This document shows, piece after piece, positions 56,810 through 64,000 of a DNA stretch of 64,000 bases. The DNA is from Spirochaetia bacterium (GTDB lineage: Bacteria > Spirochaetota > Leptospiria > Turneriellales > JAOUFE01). Under the pieces are notes generated by a model. The model was not told the DNA's origin. It saw only the letters and a program-made list of their open reading frames with translations, and did not search any database. A program made the translations under genes and the position numbers. The stretch is taken from contig JAOUFY010000006.1 of NCBI GenBank assembly GCA_029857955.1, forward strand, positions 1,390 through 65,389, given 5' to 3'. Positions within the stretch are counted from its first letter, which is position 1. Each line of letters starts with the position of its first letter.

Positions 56810-57712
56810 ATGAAATTGTTTAAAAATTATTTGTTTAATGTACTGACTCTTTTCAGTATTTTATTGTTAATTTTCACAATTGCATTTTTTACAAAAACGA
56901 TATCTGCCAATGATGAAAAAAATAACATAGTCGTGACATGGGAAACACCCGAAGAAGGCACGGCTGTTAGTTTTAATTCAGATAATGAATATGCAAAATC
57001 GCCTCCAATTTTACTGTCCAGTCATTCGGATCATCCTTTAAAAATAAAAACCAGTATCGATTTATCACCTATACTTCAACGCCTGATTTTACCTGGTTCT
57101 GAAGACAGTGGATCTGAAACTGAAGACCAGGTTGAAAACGATAAAAATAATATCGGAATCAAGGCTGCGCAAAAAGCAATTGAATTTTACGAAAAAAAAA
57201 TAAAAACAATAAACGTAAACGGATCGCTTTTAAATATTGAAACAGATTGTTCTTATTTTGTGAGAGCAGCTTACTGGGAAGGTTCAAATCATACCATGGA
57301 TTTATTTCGGGAATCAATTTCTACAAAATCAATTGATCCAAATAAAGCTACTGGTGTTACCTTATTAGCATCTTACTTTAAAAAAAATCATCGATATAAT
57401 GTAAAAACCCCCGAAATTGGTGATATAATTATTTTTGACAATACATACGATAAAAATCATAATCAACAACGAGATGATAATTACACTCATACAGGAATAG
57501 TAACCGCTATTCGGGAGGATAACACAATCGAGTTTATTCATGGAAATATAGGACGAACCATAAAAAAAGGGTTTATTAACTTTACACATAAAGACGTATC
57601 AACGATAAATCAAAAACCAGTAAACTCGTATATTCGCCCCCATTATTCATGGGAAAACGATACCAGGCAAAATCTTGCAAGCTATCTTGTCCGCGCCTTC
57701 GGCGGTTTTTAA
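56810..57712 (+). CDS. NlpC/P60-CHAP-like papain-fold peptidase, membrane-anchored or secreted
   Basis: N-terminal hydrophobic anchor. The Cys context is TDCSYFVRAAYW and the His context is YTHTGIVTAI...FIHGN. Confidence 0.55.
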   Translation: MKLFKNYLFNVLTLFSILLLIFTIAFFTKTISANDEKNNIVVTWETPEEGTAVSFNSDNEYAKSPPILLSSHSDHPLKIKTSIDLSPILQRLILPGSEDSGSETEDQVENDKNNIGIKAAQKAIEFYEKKIKTINVNGSLLNIETDCSYFVRAAYWEGSNHTMDLFRESISTKSIDPNKATGVTLLASYFKKNHRYNVKTPEIGDIIIFDNTYDKNHNQQRDDNYTHTGIVTAIREDNTIEFIHGNIGRTIKKGFINFTHKDVSTINQKPVNSYIRPHYSWENDTRQNLASYLVRAFGGF

Positions 57713-57730
57713 CTTTTATATATTTGAAAA

Positions 57731-58918
57731 TTATTTATATGTTCGAAACAAAAGGATCTGTGGTTTATCTTTTAAAACAGTAACCTCGCCAATACTTTCA
57801 TCGTATGCTTTTGATCCATTGCGGTTAAAATATGTGATAATTCCATCGTATTTACCAGGAGGCAGGGATACACTACCTGCATGATAACTTGCCGGTATTG
57901 AATGCCAGCATCGAAGATCCGGTTTTTCAGAGCTAAACAATGCTGCGCCCATTCCAACTCCTGCAACTGTTCCCACCAACAAACTTGCCAAGCCGCCATA
58001 ACTTCTACCGCCAGCTTGCCTGGCAACCTGCTCTGCAACAGCCTTAGAAACTAGCGTAGCTACGACTTTTGTGGCAAGTCTGGTGATCATTTCTTGTTTA
58101 ATTTTTTGATAATGATTTTCAAAATTTGTTAATACCGTATCTTCGACATCATTCATCTGACGTAATTCTACACTTGTATATAACTTGCCCTGGCTCATTA
58201 AATTTAATCGTGCTGAGACAATTTCATAATTTTGCTTTATATACTTTGGCACTGGATGTTCAGCTGTTGCTACTGTGGATAATACAAGCTGGTTGCTTAC
58301 GGCACGAGCGGAACTCCCACTCGTGACAATCGCCGTTACCACAGCGGCCCGAAACATGGCATTTAATTCCTGATCGTCAAGCAGCCTGCCCCTTGATATT
58401 TTTCTCGGAGAAAGACCAGCTTCATAAATAACAACAAGTTCTGTCGAATTTTTATCGTTTTTCATTTGTCCAGGATTCATTTGTAAATTATACAATTTTT
58501 TCCATTTAGCATAATCATCATCATAACCAAGTTCTGCAGAAAGAGCAAGCAGTTTTAACCCTACAGCGGGAATACCCGGTTGGATCTGATGAATTCTTTT
58601 TAAATCCACATATGCATATTCATACTCGTCTGAAGCCGCATGAGAAATTGCCGAAAGATACAACGCCATCAGGTTAAGTTGAAACTGTTTACCTGATTTA
58701 TCTTTAATGTATTCGAGTTTATTGTTTACTTTTTTAAATTCAACTTTTGCGCTTTCAAAATTGTTTAACATCATGTAATTTATGCCGATGATCATGTTAA
58801 GTAAAACCCTTTCATAATCTTCACCCATATAATCTTTACCAGTTTTGTTGGTTATAAATGCAGCAACTTCTTTAGATGCACTTTTATACATTGCATCAGC
58901 CTTTTCATCTGCCGCCAT
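57731..58918 (-). CDS. COG3014-like envelope protein, C-terminal 395-aa part (no signal peptide of its own)
   Basis: Helical TPR-like N-half, a Gly/Ala-rich hydrophobic segment GGLASLLVGTVAGVGMGAALF, and a C-terminal DLRCWHSIPASYHAGSVSLPPGKYDG. Its ATG overlaps the stop of the 89-aa ORF (TAATG at 58916..58920). Confidence 0.55.
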   Translation of the reverse strand: MAADEKADAMYKSASKEVAAFITNKTGKDYMGEDYERVLLNMIIGINYMMLNNFESAKVEFKKVNNKLEYIKDKSGKQFQLNLMALYLSAISHAASDEYEYAYVDLKRIHQIQPGIPAVGLKLLALSAELGYDDDYAKWKKLYNLQMNPGQMKNDKNSTELVVIYEAGLSPRKISRGRLLDDQELNAMFRAAVVTAIVTSGSSARAVSNQLVLSTVATAEHPVPKYIKQNYEIVSARLNLMSQGKLYTSVELRQMNDVEDTVLTNFENHYQKIKQEMITRLATKVVATLVSKAVAEQVARQAGGRSYGGLASLLVGTVAGVGMGAALFSSEKPDLRCWHSIPASYHAGSVSLPPGKYDGIITYFNRNGSKAYDESIGEVTVLKDKPQILLFRTYK

Positions 58919-59187
58919 TAATATTTATTGCTTTTCTGGTAATCTTTTGCAATATGAAGCATATAACCTGCTTCCATCATAAATAATAATTGATCTTGAT
59001 TTCTTTTATTTACATAGGGAATTAAAATTCGTGAAGCTTCAAGTGGCTGATTATCTACATAGAGAGATTTTTCTGCCTTTACCATAAGTGTATTATAATT
59101 ACCGCTTGAGCACATTAGCCCTGAAACAGAAAAAATAGTTATAAATAAAATACGTAATCTGGTTAAAACAATAAAATGCAAACTCAT
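58918..59187 (-). CDS. 89-aa lipoprotein ORF, probably the detached N-terminus of the 57731..58918 gene
   Basis: The lipobox is FSVSGLMC. The sequence ends in the middle of a TPR-like helix (LLFMMEAGYMLHIAKDYQKSNKY-stop). Confidence 0.5.
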   Translation of the reverse strand: MSLHFIVLTRLRILFITIFSVSGLMCSSGNYNTLMVKAEKSLYVDNQPLEASRILIPYVNKRNQDQLLFMMEAGYMLHIAKDYQKSNKY

Positions 59188-59206
59188 GTTAGTTTATCTT
59201 CACGCG

Positions 59207-59767
59207 CTACCAGCCGTATTTTTCTTCTTTTGAAACCTTCATAAATTCCTGACGATCCTGCCAGACAACTGCTGTTGTTGCAACATCAACAAGCTTAAGC
59301 GTGACAATAATAAACTGTTTTTTATTATTTCCGTCATAGACAACATTGTCTGTAATGTCGCCGGACAGTTCATAATTTGGTGATCGCAATTTACCGGCAG
59401 AAATAGCTCCCTCGCTGTCAGCTAAACCTGTTTGTCCAAATTCTATTTCTTTAACAGATTCGGCTCTCTGGGATTTATCAATAAAAGGAATGCCTCTTTT
59501 TATCAACTTGGTTGAAATTTCATTGGCAATCATTGTCGTATCAATGTGCTCCGATGTCCTGTTGCGAATTTTGTTTACCCCGATTAAAATATCTTGATTT
59601 TTATTCTTTAAATTTCCGTATAATGATGCAACCATAGTATCAACAGTTTCATTAATTTCCTTTGCGCCCCACTGACGCGATCCTGTGTCTTTTTTAGAGT
59701 CTGTATACTGCGTTGATGCGCAATTACCAAAAAAAACAACCGTCATTACAAATAATATTTTTTTCAT
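59207..59767 (-). CDS. LpoB-like lipoprotein (COG3417 family, penicillin-binding protein activator-like fold)
   Basis: The lipobox is VVFFGNC. The domain pattern is W-x(6)-V-x-x-M...ILIGVNKIRNRTSEHIDTTMIANEISTKLIK...YELSGDITD...FIIVTLKLVDVATTAVVW, as in LpoB. Confidence 0.55.
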   Translation of the reverse strand: MKKILFVMTVVFFGNCASTQYTDSKKDTGSRQWGAKEINETVDTMVASLYGNLKNKNQDILIGVNKIRNRTSEHIDTTMIANEISTKLIKRGIPFIDKSQRAESVKEIEFGQTGLADSEGAISAGKLRSPNYELSGDITDNVVYDGNNKKQFIIVTLKLVDVATTAVVWQDRQEFMKVSKEEKYGW

Positions 59768-59998
59768 CTTCTTCTCCTCATCATGGATATATGGCGTTTT
59801 ATCTTTATTATAAAATATAATAACGATCCTAAAATCTCATCAACATGGATTCAGCTTTATCTATTGTCAACAGAAAAACAAGATACCATATTTAGTTGGA
59901 CTGTTGATTTTGGGTAAAGCTTAGCCGTCTCCAAATTTTATGAACACTTTTCAAAGGAAAACCGGTTTACAAAGCGTGAAATCAGTTTTTCATGACAC

Positions 59999-60937
59999 AT
60001 GAGAAAACTAATATTTCTTACTCTTTTAATAATATCTTCAACCATTACTCAAGCCGATGAAATGATCAATGAAATGGTTGCGATGGTTGGAGATACTCCA
60101 ATCACTGTGCTTGATTTAAAAGATGAAATTTCTCATAAAAGACCGGTAAACGTTAATGATCAAAGAAACCTGGAAAGTAAAATATTAGATATTTTAATTG
60201 AAAAAGCCATTGTTGACATAGTTATTAAAGAAGAAGCAATTAGTATATCACAGGCTCAGGTTGATGATATCATTCAAAAAACAATGATAGGCAATGGTTA
60301 TAAAGATGAGAAAACTTTTGAACAGGCTTTAAACGAACAAATGCATATGTCGCTTGCTGATTACAAAAAAGAAATTACAAATAATCTTAAAATACAGCAA
60401 ATTGCCCAATTAAAAGTGTCTGTTTCTGCGCCTAAAGATGAAGAAATAAAACATTGGTACAATCAGCACAAAAATGATGTTGGTAATAAATACCTTCTGC
60501 GAATCATAAAAAAATCATTTAACCCGAACAACGCAAAAGAAGAGTTGAGTGTAAATCAGTTGATGAATAAAGCTAGAAATGAAGCTGTTGCAAATTTTAC
60601 GATAACTGCAAAGCAATATTCTGATGATCCATCTTCAACAAATGGCGGCTTGCTTGGTTGGTTAAGACTTGATGAATTAGGTACAATCGACCCGATGATG
60701 GCAAATGTGGTATACCAAACTCAGGCAGGCGAAGTCAGTAAGGTATTTGTATCTAAAAATAATTACATGATTGTGAAGATAGATGCTATTTCTCCAGTAT
60801 CTCTTGAAGAAGCATCCCCGTTAATTATGCAGAAACTATACCAGGAAAAGCAGCAGGCAGGATATTTTTCCTGGATTAAAAATAGAAAAAAATCAACAGG
60901 AATTAAAATTTATATGAAAGGATATCAGGGATTATAA
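59999..60937 (+). CDS. SurA/PrsA-like periplasmic chaperone with a parvulin PPIase domain
   Basis: Signal peptide, an N-terminal SurA-like chaperone region, and a rotamase domain SDDPSSTNGGLLGWLRLDELGTIDPMMANVVYQTQAGEVSKVFVSKNNYMIVKI. Confidence 0.7.
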   Translation: MRKLIFLTLLIISSTITQADEMINEMVAMVGDTPITVLDLKDEISHKRPVNVNDQRNLESKILDILIEKAIVDIVIKEEAISISQAQVDDIIQKTMIGNGYKDEKTFEQALNEQMHMSLADYKKEITNNLKIQQIAQLKVSVSAPKDEEIKHWYNQHKNDVGNKYLLRIIKKSFNPNNAKEELSVNQLMNKARNEAVANFTITAKQYSDDPSSTNGGLLGWLRLDELGTIDPMMANVVYQTQAGEVSKVFVSKNNYMIVKIDAISPVSLEEASPLIMQKLYQEKQQAGYFSWIKNRKKSTGIKIYMKGYQGL

Positions 60938-60951
60938 TCGATCCATTTATT

Positions 60952-62541
60952 ATGGAAAAAACCATTATTCTCTGTCATTTCAATCTTTCGACTTTACAAC
61001 TATGGGAAAGCTTAACTCAAGAATCCCGTGTATTCAGGGAAAAAAATGATATTTTAATTTTATTAAACAATTTTATAAATTTTATAAACAAACTTGGGGT
61101 CAAGGTGACATTAAGTTATGAACTGGAAAATAATATTATTAAACTTATAAAACAAGGTTTAAAAAATATTCAATTAGAACTGTCATATGCTCATGAAATT
61201 TCATTGTTAAAACATATTTTTTCAGATAAAAATATCGAAAGCGTATATTATATAGACTCCATTTACTCTATTGGAGATTTAATGTTAACTCAAAAATTAT
61301 TTGAAATACATAATGAATATTCAGCTGACTATAGTTACATTGAAAATGCTCCGCCAGGTTTAGCCGGAGTTTTTTTTAACAGAAGCCTGTTTGAAGCCAT
61401 GCAAATGGAAGAAAATGAACTATCAGACACATCAAACATTGATAAAGCCATACCTGATTCTATTGCTATACCTTTAAGTGAATATATTGAAAAAAATATT
61501 AATCATTTTCATGTTGAAATTCATTATGAACATCCCGACCTTCGATTATTGAGACTGGATTTCGCAGGGAAAACTACAAGATCCATTCAAAGTTCTAATG
61601 ACGTATTTAACAAATGCGGTGAAAATAATGACTATTACATCGAATTGGAAGATTTATACAACAAAGCCCCTGAACTATTACATCATTTTCCATCATACCT
61701 TGAACTGGAAATTTATGGCGGATGTGAATATGCATGTACATTTTGTGCACGCCAATTTATTATGAATCCTGATGCACATATGTTAACTTTAGAGAACATT
61801 ACCTCTATCACAAATTTTATACAAACCGGTTTAAACGATACGTCGATTGCCATCGGTGGACTTGGTGAACCCTTGGAACACCCGCAAATTGTTGATATAA
61901 TAAACCATCTTTTAACTCAAAAATATATTCCTATGGTGGTTCTTGAAACAAATGGAAGGCATCTGGAAAAAATTATTTCAACATTTGATCACTCTGAAAT
62001 ACATAAACTGCGAATTGTTGTAAATTTTAACAGCATGAACAACTATCAGCAAATGCATGGCGCTAAAAACGGCGACAAAGAAATTGTTATTCAAAATATA
62101 GAAAAATGTTGCGGGTTACTTTCTAAAAAAAATGAATCTTATAAAAAAAATATCTTTATTCAAACACTTAAAATACAGGATAATGAAACTGAACTTGATG
62201 AATTATATGACTTATCGGATAAATATGGAATATCATTTTTACTTCAAAAATATAATTCATACATAGGATTAATGCCTGAAAAAAGGGTTTCTGATATGAC
62301 GCCTTTGGAACGTTTTTTTTGTTGGCATCTGCGGCGAGATCTGTATATTAAATCTGATGGCAATGTAGTTTTTTGTAAACAAGACATACAAAATCTTAAA
62401 ACAAGAGGCAACATCAACAATAATTCCATGGAAGATATTTGGAAGACCTCGCTGGATGACTGGAAAAACAATTACAACAACGTTTATCCGCAATGTCCTG
62501 ACTGTAAAAATTGTGACGAATATTATACATTTAATATGTAA
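60952..62541 (+). CDS. Radical SAM / SPASM-domain protein with an extra ~240-aa N-terminal domain (spiro-SPASM-like)
   Basis: The radical SAM cluster motif is YGGCEYACTFCAR (C-x3-C-x2-C). The C-terminal SPASM-type Cys motifs are FFCWHLRRDLYIKSDGNVVFCKQD and CPDCKNCDEYY. The family name spiro-SPASM is from memory and has not been verified. Confidence 0.75.
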   Translation: MEKTIILCHFNLSTLQLWESLTQESRVFREKNDILILLNNFINFINKLGVKVTLSYELENNIIKLIKQGLKNIQLELSYAHEISLLKHIFSDKNIESVYYIDSIYSIGDLMLTQKLFEIHNEYSADYSYIENAPPGLAGVFFNRSLFEAMQMEENELSDTSNIDKAIPDSIAIPLSEYIEKNINHFHVEIHYEHPDLRLLRLDFAGKTTRSIQSSNDVFNKCGENNDYYIELEDLYNKAPELLHHFPSYLELEIYGGCEYACTFCARQFIMNPDAHMLTLENITSITNFIQTGLNDTSIAIGGLGEPLEHPQIVDIINHLLTQKYIPMVVLETNGRHLEKIISTFDHSEIHKLRIVVNFNSMNNYQQMHGAKNGDKEIVIQNIEKCCGLLSKKNESYKKNIFIQTLKIQDNETELDELYDLSDKYGISFLLQKYNSYIGLMPEKRVSDMTPLERFFCWHLRRDLYIKSDGNVVFCKQDIQNLKTRGNINNNSMEDIWKTSLDDWKNNYNNVYPQCPDCKNCDEYYTFNM

Positions 62542-62577
62542 ATCAACAAGATGAAATAAGCATCTATCGCTAATAAA

Positions 62578-63354
62578 ATGTCTGTTCGCTATATAATTCA
62601 AGCTCGTATGTCTTCAACCCGACTATCTGGTAAAGTATTGATGGAGATAGGGCAAAAACCACTGATACAACACATCATTGATCGATTGCTGTTGTCCGGT
62701 GCAAATAAATCCCAGATTTATTTTGCTCTTGCGGTTGAAAACTCAAATGAACTTTACAAATACCTGGATAAACAAAATATACAATGGATATCCGGCGATA
62801 CATTTAATGTTTTATCAAGGTTTATAAAAACTTCGCAGGATTTATCAGAAAAAGATATTATTGTTCGACTAACAGGCGATAATCCATTTATTGATTTTCA
62901 AATTTTAAAAGACAATTTAAAATATTTTGATACCGAAACTAATCTTGATTTTTCATTTCCCTTTAAGTTGCCTCTTGGAATGGGGTTTGAATTGTTTCGT
63001 AAAGGCGCTATGATTAAGCAGCTTGAACATGACTTGCTCCCCCATCATCTGGAGCATGTAACTACTTTTATTAAAGAAAACAAAAATCTTTTTAATATTA
63101 AACAAATTGACTACTATAAAAATTCGCCAGATATTCGACTTACCATCGATTATCCAGAAGACCTTAAACAGGCTCGTGACACATACAATTTTTTTTCAAA
63201 ACAAAATCTTCCTTATTTTTGTTCAAGCGATGTTTTTAATTTATACAATGCAAATTCTAATTTTTTTAATATCAACAAATCAAGCAGACAAAAAAGTCCA
63301 AAAGAATATGCTAAAGACCTTATAAATCACAAGAAGGAAAATAATGAACAATAA
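62578..63354 (+). CDS. Cytidylyltransferase-family protein (SpsF / acylneuraminate cytidylyltransferase-like)
   Basis: The N-terminal motif is IIQARMSSTRLSGKVLMEIGQKPLI, with RLTGDNPFID further in. Confidence 0.7.
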   Translation: MSVRYIIQARMSSTRLSGKVLMEIGQKPLIQHIIDRLLLSGANKSQIYFALAVENSNELYKYLDKQNIQWISGDTFNVLSRFIKTSQDLSEKDIIVRLTGDNPFIDFQILKDNLKYFDTETNLDFSFPFKLPLGMGFELFRKGAMIKQLEHDLLPHHLEHVTTFIKENKNLFNIKQIDYYKNSPDIRLTIDYPEDLKQARDTYNFFSKQNLPYFCSSDVFNLYNANSNFFNINKSSRQKSPKEYAKDLINHKKENNEQ

Positions 63355-64000
63355 AGTTCTTATAATAACCAATAAGGGTGAAAATTATGGTACTGGTCAT
63401 TTTAATCGATCCAATTTATTAAAAAGGCATCTGGAAAAAATGAATATAGCCTGCGACCTTCTGATGGGTAAAAATATTCCTAAAGAAATAGCTTCATATC
63501 AACTTGTATTGCTTGATAGCAGAGATGATGAATTTCCAATAGAAATAATTGAAAAAAAAAATTACTACCTCATGGCAATGGATAATCGGGGTACCGGACG
63601 AAAACAGTGTGATCTCATTTGGGATACATTACCTCACATAAACATGAACGATGACGAATTAAAAACCTCGTTAAAAAACTGCATTCTTGATCCTGTGATT
63701 TACGAATGTACACCAATGACCACCAAATCCAAGATAATTCGAACTTTAATTGAAAACATTGAATCAAACAGTGAAATTGATTTAATACAATATGCGCAGA
63801 AAGAACGAATAGAACTAAGCAAAGAACTGTTTCATATAAAACTTATCAAATCAAATAAAATCGGAACATACTTCGGGCAGACTTTTTTTGAGGCATTATA
63901 TCTGGGTAAAGAAATATATCTCTACGATATCAGCGAATATCATAAACAACTGTCTGACTGGTTTACCGCAAAATGGAATGAGCTGCCGGATCTTCATGAC
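63344..64000 (+). CDS. SpsG/PseG-like (GT-B fold) protein, 3'-truncated by the window edge
   Basis: This is not in the supplied ORF track because it has no stop before the window end. I translated by hand 219 codons without a stop from the ATG at 63344 (SD AAGGAAA). The N-terminal KVLIITNKGENYGTGHFNRSNLLKRHL resembles the G-x-G-H-x-x-R motif of PseG/SpsG. It overlaps the previous gene by 11 nt. Confidence 0.55.
   Translation, partial: MNNKVLIITNKGENYGTGHFNRSNLLKRHLEKMNIACDLLMGKNIPKEIASYQLVLLDSRDDEFPIEIIEKKNYYLMAMDNRGTGRKQCDLIWDTLPHINMNDDELKTSLKNCILDPVIYECTPMTTKSKIIRTLIENIESNSEIDLIQYAQKERIELSKELFHIKLIKSNKIGTYFGQTFFEALYLGKEIYLYDISEYHKQLSDWFTAKWNELPDLHD

Noticed and set aside
1-64000. I searched by eye for tRNA, rRNA, tmRNA and SRP RNA genes and for transposase, integrase, phage, restriction-modification, toxin-antitoxin or known defence genes.
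   Set aside because: None were recognised. No GGTTCGAATCC-type T-arm with an acceptor stem is present, no rRNA-like conserved blocks are present, and all large ORFs have other assignments. A computational scan (tRNAscan-SE, Infernal, DefenseFinder or PADLOC) would be needed to exclude them formally.

Overview
This is a 64-kb AT-rich chromosomal segment from a diderm (outer-membrane-bearing) bacterium. A spiro-SPASM-like radical SAM gene and lipoboxes with Asn at -1 (FFGNC, YIANC) hint at a spirochaete-like lineage, but this is unproven. I support about 50 protein genes and one RNA gene.

Housekeeping backbone: dapF, glyQ, metH, glk, RNase P RNA (rnpB), the topA-xerC-hslV-hslU block and an RpoD-family sigma factor.

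The rest is mostly envelope and signalling:
- alpha-2-macroglobulin plus PBP1C
- an LpoB-like lipoprotein cluster
- a SurA-like PPIase, NlpC/P60, a TlpA-like redoxin and a large TPR protein
- two GGDEF cyclases and a DHH/DHHA1 phosphoesterase
- a 7TMR-DISM/AraC membrane regulator and a SARP/BTAD-type regulator truncated at the left edge

I saw no rRNA, tRNA, CRISPR array, transposase, phage genes or recognisable defence or toxin-antitoxin genes.

Points worth a second look:
1. A two-gene module, a small OMP with a C-terminal barrel followed by a 1254-aa beta-helix repeat lipoprotein (24495-29458). It is preceded by a GC-rich structured non-coding segment with an orphan minus-strand terminator, and by a palindrome plus duplicated Shine-Dalgarno. 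A second barrel-then-lipoprotein pair (13179-15051) has the same gene order.
2. A radical SAM/SPASM gene with no visible peptide substrate, next to SpsF-like and SpsG/PseG-like sugar-nucleotide genes (60952-64000).
3. Two families of MITE-like palindromic repeats. One mosaic copy set and one family-2 copy flank a cassette of a Cys-rich secreted protein plus a CPBP/Abi protease.
4. Three genes split by single-base shifts: two single-base deficits in short homopolymer runs (A7 and A3) and one TAATG junction consistent with a missing base in a dinucleotide run. These are either assembly errors or real pseudogenes or phase variants.
5. An iteron-like phased heptamer array in a gene-free convergent gap.

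All functional calls come from motif recognition by eye. No database search was run.
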